Source: a virus (Duplodnaviria > Caudoviricetes). Taken from it: a DNA stretch of 60,549 nucleotides. Of this stretch, positions 42,384-51,663 are shown piece after piece. The stretch covers positions 1-60,549 of IMG/VR virus record IMGVR_UViG_3300044638_004051; one strand, written 5' to 3'. The position numbers were made by a program, and so were the translations under genes. Numbering within the stretch: the first letter of the stretch is position 1; every line of letters begins with the position of its first letter. The notes beneath the pieces are model-generated. The model worked only from the letters and a program-made list of their open reading frames with translations, searched no databases and had not been told where the DNA came from.

Positions 42384-42889
42384 TGCCGACACGCGAGCAG
42401 AAGCGCAAGCACAACCTCTGGACCCGCTACCGGGTTACTCCGGAGGAATACGACGCCTTGCACGCTCGATGTTCTGGGCAGTGCCAGATATGCGGCTGCA
42501 CATCGGGAAGACTGTGTGTTGATCATTGCCACGACACACACAAAGTGCGTGGTTTGTTGTGCAGTACGTGTAACCGGGCAATAGGTCTGCTGGGTGACAC
42601 TGCTGAAGACTTGAAGCGAGCTTGGGAGTACCTCGATGGACAGCGACGATCTTCCGTGGGACATCAAGGCGGCGGCACCAGACGTGCAGTCGCACTATCG
42701 AAGAATGATCGTGGCGGGCGTGCAGCCTCGCGCGGCAGAGATGTTCGCTCTCCAGCAGCCGCCCGGCGTGAAGGGCACCGACAGAACCCTGATGCAGGGC
42801 CGATACAACAACGAGCAGTTCGACCAGATGCCGCCCGATCAGGCAAAGAAAATGCTTGCCGACGCCAGAAAGGCCGGAATCAACCCTAG
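42383..42889 (+). CDS. Endonuclease VII-family (homing) endonuclease
   Basis: CQIC...LCVDHCH...VRGLLCSTCNRAIGLLGD. Confidence 0.85.
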   Translation: MPTREQKRKHNLWTRYRVTPEEYDALHARCSGQCQICGCTSGRLCVDHCHDTHKVRGLLCSTCNRAIGLLGDTAEDLKRAWEYLDGQRRSSVGHQGGGTRRAVALSKNDRGGRAASRGRDVRSPAAARREGHRQNPDAGPIQQRAVRPDAARSGKENACRRQKGRNQP

Positions 42890-43181
42890 CGGCAAATACT
42901 ATTGCTCTGGCCTAGCGGACAAGCGTGGCGCAGCCGACCCGGGGGCGTGGATCGACAGCGTTGCGGAAGTGAAAAAGGTTGCGGCGATGCGCAACCTGAC
43001 AGTGACCGGGGCCGTGCAGCACCAAGGCATCCCGCAGCCACGCCCAGAATCCGCACCTCTTAGCGAGCGTCTGACGCGGGAAATGATGCGGGTCGAGAAG
43101 AAGCTCCACCCGACCATGAAAAAGGGTGAGTTGCGTGAGTTGGTAGTCAGCAAATACGGACGCAAGAGAAAAGGCAGATGA
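42636..43181 (+). CDS. Hypothetical protein
   Basis: ORF ATGA-coupled to the adaptor gene. Confidence 0.6.
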   Translation: MDSDDLPWDIKAAAPDVQSHYRRMIVAGVQPRAAEMFALQQPPGVKGTDRTLMQGRYNNEQFDQMPPDQAKKMLADARKAGINPSGKYYCSGLADKRGAADPGAWIDSVAEVKKVAAMRNLTVTGAVQHQGIPQPRPESAPLSERLTREMMRVEKKLHPTMKKGELRELVVSKYGRKRKGR

Positions 43182-44440
43182 ACACTGCGCAGGACATTGT
43201 TGCCTACATTCTCGCGTCCACTGGCGGCGGCGCGCAGGACGGGGAACACCACGCTGTGCGGCAGGCTGTCATCCACGGCGTGCGGGAAGTCATGCAGTGC
43301 CGGAATTGGCTATGGCACACACGCACGGGATCGTTTACGACGAACCAGATCAGCACACCGGGAACGATCACCGCTGGTAGCAATGTCATCAACGTCGCCA
43401 GCGCAGAAGGCTTTGTCCCCGGGCGGATGGTGAACATCTCGGCATCGTACTTCCCAACACCCGTGCGGATCGCATCTGTCTCTGGGAATGCTGTCACGGT
43501 GGACGTGGCAGCAAACCAGTCCGCCAGCGATGCCATCATCCAGCCCCAAACCTACTACGACCTGCCGCTCGATCTCAAAGACATCGACACGCTCGTCACA
43601 AACACTGTCGGTACTTTGCACTGCTACCTTACGCCACAGGAGTGGCAGAGGCTTGAAATCAACACCCGTGGCGCAGGGGAGCCGTACTACTACACGGTGA
43701 TGAAGTCTGATACTGACCCAAACAGGTATCAGATTCGCTTTGTTGGAGTGCCTACCAACGCAACGGTGGTTCACTACTCCTACCGCATTAGGCCCGCGCC
43801 GATCAAATACATGGGTTACGAGCGGCTGTGCCGACAAGGCACAGTGTCGCTCTCGTTCCCAAGTTCTCGCCCCACGGTTATTGGCGACGGCACTGCTTTC
43901 CCGCAGGATTCGGCAGGTGCCTTCATTCGCTTCGGCGCAGCTGGGATGGATGCCGACCCACAGGGATCAACTGTGCCGTATGTGGTCGAGCGACGAATCG
44001 AAGCATGGTTGTCGCCCACCAAGCTCGTTGTTGGCGCAGTCATGCCGACTCATGGGTTCCCGCACACAGACAGCTATAGCGACGTGTCCCTTGACGGCGG
44101 CGTAGTCGGAGGGACATCTAACAATGGCGAAACTATTGACGCCAGCACGCTATACACCAGCGATGCGCTGGAGCTTCCGACGAAGACTAAGTACGCAATT
44201 ACGCATCCGGTTGATGCCTCTCCGCAGATGTACACCGCGATCCTTAGTGCGTGCGAGATGTGGTACGCCCGCGTGGCAGGTAAGCCTGCGGACGCGGCTA
44301 TGGCTGCATTCAACCGAGACCTTCGCATTGCGATGGAAAACGACGTTGTTGCGCCGCGATCCGGTCGCCCAATCTCCACGCATTATCCAACGCCCCGCTC
44401 GATGGGATGGCACTCGCAACTTGCGCCTGATATCGAATGA
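43178..44440 (+). CDS. Putative head-tail adaptor (tail tubular protein A-like) with inserted domains
   Basis: WLW..., YDLP.D, GEPYYY motifs; position. Confidence 0.6.
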   Translation: MNTAQDIVAYILASTGGGAQDGEHHAVRQAVIHGVREVMQCRNWLWHTRTGSFTTNQISTPGTITAGSNVINVASAEGFVPGRMVNISASYFPTPVRIASVSGNAVTVDVAANQSASDAIIQPQTYYDLPLDLKDIDTLVTNTVGTLHCYLTPQEWQRLEINTRGAGEPYYYTVMKSDTDPNRYQIRFVGVPTNATVVHYSYRIRPAPIKYMGYERLCRQGTVSLSFPSSRPTVIGDGTAFPQDSAGAFIRFGAAGMDADPQGSTVPYVVERRIEAWLSPTKLVVGAVMPTHGFPHTDSYSDVSLDGGVVGGTSNNGETIDASTLYTSDALELPTKTKYAITHPVDASPQMYTAILSACEMWYARVAGKPADAAMAAFNRDLRIAMENDVVAPRSGRPISTHYPTPRSMGWHSQLAPDIE

Positions 44441-47400
44441 AAATACGCCAGTGGCTTGGATACAACGAAGATGCTTCGCAGTATCTACTGCGGCCGGGTG
44501 AGCTTCGCACGCTCAACAACTTGCAGGCCCGCCGCCCCGGCATGCTGATCGCCCGCAAGGGACTGGTGAAAATCTACGGCAAGTACGATGACGAAGCTAT
44601 CTACGGCATCTACCGCCGGGCCACCATACTGGGCAATCCATCTGACTTCCTGTGGCTCCAGAAGGTTCTGATCGAGCGGGAGCTAACGGCGGCGCAGCTG
44701 GCTGCGAGAGAGTCGCTGTATGAGTACGTGTGGATGATCCGGCGGATCGAGGCATACCAGTCTCGCGTCATTGCCACGCTCCCCATTTCTCCCGATGGCC
44801 TGACGAGCATCTCCAACATGTCCGTGTCGGAGGACCGGCACGGCAGGATGTTCATGTTCTTCGGCCACGGCATGCGGCCGAAGATTTACCGCCCCACCGA
44901 CCTTGCCAACGTCGCGTTGGACATGGGCCTCGACCCCCCGACATCGGCCCCGTCTGTGCTGCCGTCCGGTGGCGGGTTCTTTATCGAAGGCGTCGATGTT
45001 CGCAGCGGTGGCGGGTCTTACTACGAACCACCCGAGCTAACGATTGTTGGTGGCACCCCAGATCGCCCGGCCAAGCTGAAGGCACTGGTGCAATCCGGCA
45101 ACGTCATTGGAGTCAGCATTGTTGATGGTGGGTCCAACTACAAGACCACTCCGTCAATTGCTGTATCGTCCACCAAGATAGGCACGGGCTTTCGTGCGAA
45201 GGGCAACGTAAGCGCAAGTGCGAGAACCATCGAGGGGTTCTCTGACACGGACTCCGGAACGATTACCGGAACTGCGGCTATCTCGACAGAGACCTACGGC
45301 GCGACAAACGGCACAACGGGCAACAGCATTCTGTACCGCTCGCAGCCTGTCGCCGCCAAAGAGAAGGTGGTTTCAAGCAGCGGCGCGACGATGACGCTCG
45401 CCAGCGTGACTAATATCTCCGTTGGCGACATCGTAACCGTGTACCCCGGTGCCGCGCCGTTTACCACGACCACGGTGACGGTGACTGCCGTGGACACCAC
45501 GGCTCGCACGGTCACCCTGTCGCATAGCACGTTCGCCCCTGTTGCGAACACGTACTACGAAGCCACCTTCAAGAGGGCGGCTTCAATTGCTCAGGCACCT
45601 GCCGAGTATGACTCTGCCCGCCGCAGGTTTTACGCCACGATCCCGCTGGCCTCGTCATCTTCTGGTAAGGACGCTCAGGCCACGCTGGAGTTCAGTCCGA
45701 CTCCTCTTGGCTTCGGTCTCAACACCGCATCCAACTCGTCTATCGCCCTGACCAACCAGAACTTCCAGAGGAACAAGAACGAGAACGGCACCTACTCGCC
45801 ATACCTCTATGGCGAGTTTTGGTCTGGGTCTGACTTCAACACCAAGGGAAGTGCAGAGAACGCACGGTACGGCGGATTGCAGGCCAGCGGCTCTCGCTTC
45901 GTCCGAGGCTTCTCTGGGTCTGTTGGCGGGCGGCGCGCCGACGTGTACTGGCCTGACTACTCAAAGATCAGCGTCTGGTTCTGCACGGGCGTGTATTCCA
46001 ACGACTTGAGTCAGTGGACTCGCGCCGATGTTGAGGTAACGAACGAGCCTATCGCTGGAACCGAGAGCTTCGCGAAGGTGCTGAAGTTCCGGCTGCGCCC
46101 CACACGCCGGGCGAAGACCGTAAAGAACCTTGGGCTGTCCAAACTCGCGACCGTCTACGAAGACTACGATGATCTCCCTGACGCTGTGGCACCAGAGGTG
46201 AAGCTCTACCTACGCGAATGCCCAGAGACGTGGGTGGCAGAAGGAGCGAACTGCCTTCCAACCACGGTCAAGGAAGCACAAGCGGATCGCCGCCGATGGT
46301 GGGTGCCGGGCACCAACGTGCCGCGCCCCATCGTGGACATCGTTCCGGAAGGCGGAACGCTCGACGCTGGAGCAGTGACGATCACCGACCCCGGCAGCGG
46401 ATGGCAGAACGCAACCTTGTTTGCGTTTCGCATCTATCAGGCTAATGCGTACGCCCAGTACACGGACTACAACACTGCTGTTGTCGAAGACTCTGTACGG
46501 CGCGGCCATAGCCTCTACGAAGCTGGCAATCGCTTTGTTGAGTTTCGATTGAGAGCCAACACGCCAGACACGAACACGCCTCACGGACCTCCCAGCTTTC
46601 TTGTCACGCCCGCACAGGTTTCTATCCCCGGGTCCGGCTACGCCAGCGGGTCCACTGGCTCGATCACGCTCTTGAAGCGGGCGCAGTCTGGTGAGGTTTC
46701 ATCTGCTGTCGCGGCCCAAACCATTACGTGGACAGCCGAGGTTGTCAGCACGCTTTCGGCAGCCAGCACAGGCTCGATAGCGTCCATCACGATCCTCAAC
46801 AAGGGGCGAAACTACTTCGCCGCCCCAACCATTTCTGTGCGTGGCGGCGGCACGGGATACGGCTTGTCTGTGCAGCCAACCGTAGTGGATGGTCGGATTG
46901 AGTCGCTTCAGATTCTCGACCCCGGGTCTGGCTACACCTCATCTCCAGAGTTGTACACCAGCGCACAGTCCGCGCAGCTAACTCCCGTCATGCGTCCTGC
47001 AATGCGGGGCAAGTACAGGTGTGCGTACAGGTTCGCGGACAGGAGCGAGACCATCATCAAGACGGTAACAGGGCGGCTTGGCGATTCCGCCACCACGCTC
47101 ACCCTGTCGGATGCGTCAGGCATCGAACCGGAAATGGTGCTGGAAGCGAACAAGCTGCCTCGCAACGCACGGATCAAGAGCGTGAACGGCACGCAGGTCG
47201 AGATCAATCAAGAGATCACCAGCCTGCCAGCCAACACCGATATCACTATTACGGTACGCGATTTGACAAAGCCGGTTGCGTACAGCGACCTGTCGCCCAT
47301 CACCGACGTTGACGCCGGGCCGAACGACGAGCGAGACAGTTCTTCTGTGCTGACGTGGTCGCTGACCGGCGTAGCTCCTCCTCCCCGGGCCGACGTGGTC

Positions 47401-49500
47401 GAGCTATGGCGTACCAGCGCGGACCAGTCTCTTGTGTTCTATCGCGTTGAAGCGTACGGCATCCCCGTAGAGAACGGCGTGCAGATTGTCGGCACAGACA
47501 CGCTGACCGACGAGGAACTGTTTGACCCTGACCGGCCAGCGTACGCCGCGATGCCTGTCGTTCTCCCGAACGGAGCCGTCAATGCGTACCGCTTCGGCAA
47601 GCCACGCCGCGACATGTCGGTGGCGGTCGCCTTCCAAGATCGTTTGTGGATGGGAGTCTCCACCAGCGGCGACGGTGCGAACACGCTGTACTACTCTGAA
47701 TTTGACGAGTTTGAATCCACGCCTGACGTGAACGAACTCCCCATCCAGAACAACACGAAAAGCACCGACGTGCTGACCGCTCTGGTTCCGTTTGGCGCAA
47801 TGCTGCTGGCCATGCAGCACACTCACACCTATAGCCTGTCTTACAACACCGACCCGGCTGTTGATGCCACGATCCAGATGATGAGCCATCGCGGGTGCCT
47901 GCATCAGCGTTGTTGGGATATCCATGAGAACATCCTCTACTCCGCAGACGAATCCGGCATCTACGCCATGGCTCGCACGGGCGAGGTGGTTGATATCAGC
48001 CTTCCGATCAGAGACTTCTTCGTCAGCGAGTTGCTGGACTTCAGCAAGCGGGAAACCTTCTTCCTGCAAGCTGATCCTCGCACGCACATTTTGAGGTTCT
48101 TCTGCACGCTGAAATCCAGTGGCACGGACACGCCTTCGATTGCGTTGTGCTACGACATCCAAGCCAAGACGTGGTGGACAGAGTCCTACCCAAACAGTCT
48201 GACAGCCGCCTGCACCGGAAGGCCCGGCGATGCTCGCATCAACACGATCCTGCTGGGGGCGGTCGATGGCAACCTGTATGAGATCGACAGCGATAGCGAT
48301 CACGCCAATGATCCGATCACAGACTGCTTCGTGACCGAAGGCGGCTCCGGGTATTACGAAGCCCCAAAGATTACGTGCCCCAACTGCGAAGGTGCCACCG
48401 TGCAGGGGGTGGTGAGCGAAGGACGGCTGGTCGATGTGATCATTCAGAACGCTGGCTGGGGCGCATCGTGGGGTATCGGCCTGCTAGCGGAAAACGGCGA
48501 GACCATCTCCGCACTCAATGGCCGGGCCATACAGGGGGCCGACTACACGGCAATCAAGCTCGACATCGGCGCACCGGAAGATGGCGGGACGCAGGCTGTC
48601 GCGTACGCCAACTTCGGCGTCACGCCTCGCGTGTACCGGCAGACCACGGTCGCGGCTGGAGAATCATTCGTGCGGCTTCTCCCCCCTGCCCTGCCGGGGC
48701 TGGAGCGAGAGTTCAACTTCCTCCTGTGCGACGAAACAGGCGGCACGCTGCTCACGCAGGCCAATGCAGAGATCACCACCGAAACGCCGCCGGTCGAGCT
48801 CGGAATGGAAGCGATTGGCGACTACATCCCATTGAATGCCTTCGTGTCTCGCATTGACGGTCGCGACGTGTACCTCCAGCACCCTGATGGCACACCTGCA
48901 ACCATCTTCTATGGAGAGCCACGCACCAATGCGGCAGGCACGCCATCTGACTATCTGGAGAACGGCGGCACGCAGCTGACGGTCACATTCCGAAAGCCGT
49001 ACAGAACACACGTCCCGTTCCGGATGGTTTCTGGCTGCATGCAGCTGGCCAATGAAGACAACTCACGCGGCGGCGACGGCTTGGTGGATCGCTCTGTCAC
49101 GCTCGTTTACACGCCAACAGACGGTGACAAGACCATCGAGGTGATCGAGCGATTTAACGGCAGGTCCGAGATGCGGCCCAACATCATGCGGCGAGACCGT
49201 GGCGGGCCGGGTGGATTCATTCACAGACAAGACAGTGCCAGCACGGCTCTCAACACCAGCCGCACGGCTACCACCCGTGGCTTCTCGACCGGCGTGGCAA
49301 AGGCCAAGTTTGCCAGCCGCGTTCACACCGACCTGACTGGGGAAGACCAGCACCTACAGGTCGAACTCTACGCACGGCCCGAGCAGGCCAGTCAGTGGAA
49401 GCGCACGAACTACTGGGCACCAGACAAAAGCATCAAGACTGGACAGCCGTTTGTCATGCACACGCTGACCATCAACGGAGTGGCCGAAGATGGCGAGTGA
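44437..49500 (+). CDS. Large tail nozzle / tubular protein B-like protein
   Basis: 1687 aa; beta-propeller-like core (FQDRLW...LYYSE...GC) plus repeated GSGY..P modules. Confidence 0.65.
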   Translation: MKIRQWLGYNEDASQYLLRPGELRTLNNLQARRPGMLIARKGLVKIYGKYDDEAIYGIYRRATILGNPSDFLWLQKVLIERELTAAQLAARESLYEYVWMIRRIEAYQSRVIATLPISPDGLTSISNMSVSEDRHGRMFMFFGHGMRPKIYRPTDLANVALDMGLDPPTSAPSVLPSGGGFFIEGVDVRSGGGSYYEPPELTIVGGTPDRPAKLKALVQSGNVIGVSIVDGGSNYKTTPSIAVSSTKIGTGFRAKGNVSASARTIEGFSDTDSGTITGTAAISTETYGATNGTTGNSILYRSQPVAAKEKVVSSSGATMTLASVTNISVGDIVTVYPGAAPFTTTTVTVTAVDTTARTVTLSHSTFAPVANTYYEATFKRAASIAQAPAEYDSARRRFYATIPLASSSSGKDAQATLEFSPTPLGFGLNTASNSSIALTNQNFQRNKNENGTYSPYLYGEFWSGSDFNTKGSAENARYGGLQASGSRFVRGFSGSVGGRRADVYWPDYSKISVWFCTGVYSNDLSQWTRADVEVTNEPIAGTESFAKVLKFRLRPTRRAKTVKNLGLSKLATVYEDYDDLPDAVAPEVKLYLRECPETWVAEGANCLPTTVKEAQADRRRWWVPGTNVPRPIVDIVPEGGTLDAGAVTITDPGSGWQNATLFAFRIYQANAYAQYTDYNTAVVEDSVRRGHSLYEAGNRFVEFRLRANTPDTNTPHGPPSFLVTPAQVSIPGSGYASGSTGSITLLKRAQSGEVSSAVAAQTITWTAEVVSTLSAASTGSIASITILNKGRNYFAAPTISVRGGGTGYGLSVQPTVVDGRIESLQILDPGSGYTSSPELYTSAQSAQLTPVMRPAMRGKYRCAYRFADRSETIIKTVTGRLGDSATTLTLSDASGIEPEMVLEANKLPRNARIKSVNGTQVEINQEITSLPANTDITITVRDLTKPVAYSDLSPITDVDAGPNDERDSSSVLTWSLTGVAPPPRADVVELWRTSADQSLVFYRVEAYGIPVENGVQIVGTDTLTDEELFDPDRPAYAAMPVVLPNGAVNAYRFGKPRRDMSVAVAFQDRLWMGVSTSGDGANTLYYSEFDEFESTPDVNELPIQNNTKSTDVLTALVPFGAMLLAMQHTHTYSLSYNTDPAVDATIQMMSHRGCLHQRCWDIHENILYSADESGIYAMARTGEVVDISLPIRDFFVSELLDFSKRETFFLQADPRTHILRFFCTLKSSGTDTPSIALCYDIQAKTWWTESYPNSLTAACTGRPGDARINTILLGAVDGNLYEIDSDSDHANDPITDCFVTEGGSGYYEAPKITCPNCEGATVQGVVSEGRLVDVIIQNAGWGASWGIGLLAENGETISALNGRAIQGADYTAIKLDIGAPEDGGTQAVAYANFGVTPRVYRQTTVAAGESFVRLLPPALPGLEREFNFLLCDETGGTLLTQANAEITTETPPVELGMEAIGDYIPLNAFVSRIDGRDVYLQHPDGTPATIFYGEPRTNAAGTPSDYLENGGTQLTVTFRKPYRTHVPFRMVSGCMQLANEDNSRGGDGLVDRSVTLVYTPTDGDKTIEVIERFNGRSEMRPNIMRRDRGGPGGFIHRQDSASTALNTSRTATTRGFSTGVAKAKFASRVHTDLTGEDQHLQVELYARPEQASQWKRTNYWAPDKSIKTGQPFVMHTLTINGVAEDGE

Positions 49501-50179
49501 CATCGAGAAGAGCCTGATCGACGGTGGACTCACGCCCGCCGCCGCCAAGGTGATTGCCAACGCTCTGGGCAACGTAGCCACTGGACGAACCAACATTGGT
49601 CGCCAGCTTGCCGATGCCACGCCCGCCGACCGCATGCGGATGGTCGATGCGGACACCCGGCGTTACCTGCTGACGAACCTCGACTACCCAACCGATGACC
49701 CGTTCCGCAGTCGCATTCGCAACACGGCTTCCCAGTTCACCCCTCGCACCTCGCCGCACCCGTACCAAGACAGCCAGCCTGCTTCAGCAAATCCCACTCT
49801 CTCTACCCCGAACGTGAGCGGCGGGCCGTTTGTTTCAGTATCCACCTCAACAGCGAACGAAGTGGCTCAGGCTGGTGTGACGCTGAATGTTAAGAATGCC
49901 GGTGGCCAGCATGCTCGCTTGAATCCTGCTACCGGAGAGGTTGAAGCGGTTCCCATCCGAGTCGAGATCGAGCCGCAGGGATTTATGGAGGGGGCCGTGG
50001 AAGAGACCCCGCAGGGCACCGTGATCAAGCTGCGACTGATTCACCCCATGTTTGCCAACCAAGTCAAGGTCTGGCTGACCGATGGCACAGGCGCGACGGT
50101 TGGTGCGCGCCGAATCAACGCCACGAACAACGGTCCAGCAGGGCCGTTCCTTTTTCTATACGGGTGGACTGACGATTAG
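49490..50179 (+). CDS. Hypothetical virion protein
   Basis: Coupled ORF. Confidence 0.6.
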   Translation: MASDIEKSLIDGGLTPAAAKVIANALGNVATGRTNIGRQLADATPADRMRMVDADTRRYLLTNLDYPTDDPFRSRIRNTASQFTPRTSPHPYQDSQPASANPTLSTPNVSGGPFVSVSTSTANEVAQAGVTLNVKNAGGQHARLNPATGEVEAVPIRVEIEPQGFMEGAVEETPQGTVIKLRLIHPMFANQVKVWLTDGTGATVGARRINATNNGPAGPFLFLYGWTDD

Positions 50180-50255
50180 GTGCCGATTTTTGCAGCCGCT
50201 GACCAGAAACGATGGATAGAGACACGCTGCGCTACACATAGCCACGGTTTTGTTC

Positions 50256-50825
50256 ATGCCCCCACCTCCTCAAGTAGGCGACTGGAAGCCATACAAAGGC
50301 GGCAAGCCGCCTGATCCGCCACCCGCTGGGCGCGGCCCGGTCGCAGGCTACACCAACCCACGCTTCCCATCAGTTGGGCCTTCCAAGGTGGCCGTTCCCG
50401 CTGGTGGCTATCAGTCGATTATCTCGACTGCGCCGCCGATTGACGCTGGCCAGCGGAAGCAGATCGCCAATGTCACCGCACCATACACATCCAATCGTCG
50501 CACCGCTGGCGACCAGTCCCGCAGTGCCTTTGCCCGCGCACTGACCGACACAAGCTCCAACGCTCTGACTCGCGGGACCGACCAGTTCAACACCGACTAC
50601 CGCAAGCAGGCAGAGAAGTCACTCAGCGAAGACATCCTCGCGCAGCGGCAGAATGCCACCGACCGCTTCAACATGGACATGTTCAAGGACATCTTCGACG
50701 TTGATACCTCGACGCGCTACACGGAGGGGATCAAGGACGGCAGTCAGATGTTTGAGACCGAGAAGCGAAACGAACAGGCCAAGCGTACCGCCATGATCAT
50801 GCGCATGATCGGGAGTCTGTTGTAA
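50256..50825 (+). CDS. Putative ejection protein
   Basis: Coupled ORF, helical, ends IGSLL. Confidence 0.5.
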   Translation: MPPPPQVGDWKPYKGGKPPDPPPAGRGPVAGYTNPRFPSVGPSKVAVPAGGYQSIISTAPPIDAGQRKQIANVTAPYTSNRRTAGDQSRSAFARALTDTSSNALTRGTDQFNTDYRKQAEKSLSEDILAQRQNATDRFNMDMFKDIFDVDTSTRYTEGIKDGSQMFETEKRNEQAKRTAMIMRMIGSLL

Positions 50826-51337
50826 TGTTCTCATCCACTCCATCAACAAACCCGGCCACGCAGTACCGTACCAACAACACGTACTCGACCACGTTCACCG
50901 GGCCGATCAAGCGCGATCCGCAAAACTTCAACGTCGCGCGCAACGAGTCGATGGCTCAGGCCGCGTATCAGGGCGACACTCGCCAGTTTGGGCAGCAGGC
51001 CGGTAAGGGTGTTGCGGCTGGCGGGAAGATGCAGGCGTACCGGGCCGGGATCATGGGCGACTCCGAAGCCAGCAAGGCGTACGCGCAGGCCCAGCAAGAA
51101 CAACTCAACAAGTTTTCCGACACCGCGTCTGCTGACCTCCAGTTCCAAGAGCGTCTCTCTGGCGAGCGCGGATGGGTGCGAGACCTGTTGCTCGACCGCG
51201 ACCAGACGCTCAACCGCGAACGCATGTCGGCTTACAAGCGATTCGTTGACGTGAACCTTGGTGACTACGAACGCAAGATCAAAGAGGCTATCGCGGCGGA
51301 GCGGCGGAAGACTGAAATCCTTGGCGGCTTAATTTGA
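50825..51337 (+). CDS. Putative ejection protein
   Basis: TAATG coupling; ends ILGGLI. Confidence 0.55.
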   Translation: MFSSTPSTNPATQYRTNNTYSTTFTGPIKRDPQNFNVARNESMAQAAYQGDTRQFGQQAGKGVAAGGKMQAYRAGIMGDSEASKAYAQAQQEQLNKFSDTASADLQFQERLSGERGWVRDLLLDRDQTLNRERMSAYKRFVDVNLGDYERKIKEAIAAERRKTEILGGLI

Positions 51338-51345
51338 GGTGCAAT

Positions 51346-51663
51346 ATGCAGATCGATCTCGGAAAGAATCCATTCAAGAAGTTCACGAAGAGCGCGCTGG
51401 TTGAAATGCTGGAGGACGCGATCCTGACCGAAAAGGAACGCTCGCTCCCCATGCACAAGCGCGGTCAGAAGCCCGCCGTCGAGAAGGACGATGCCACGGA
51501 AGAGGCTGATGAAGAGCGTGAAAAGCTGGCCGACTTGGCCGAAGAGAAGAAAGGCGCACCGGCCCCCGTCGAAATGGATGACGAAGACATGAGCGAGGAA
51601 GCCATGGAATCTATCGAGTCCAAGGTGGCTGACAAGAAAGCTCCGAAGAAGAAAGCCAAGTAA
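51346..51663 (+). CDS. Small acidic/lysine-rich protein
   Basis: GAGG RBS. Confidence 0.65.
   Translation: MQIDLGKNPFKKFTKSALVEMLEDAILTEKERSLPMHKRGQKPAVEKDDATEEADEEREKLADLAEEKKGAPAPVEMDDEDMSEEAMESIESKVADKKAPKKKAK

Noticed and set aside
41600-42667. Long antisense ORFs (also 4693-5682, 35905-36837, 40809-41732, 47404-48303)
   Set aside because: Shadow frames of GC-rich genes on the opposite strand; no motifs or RBS
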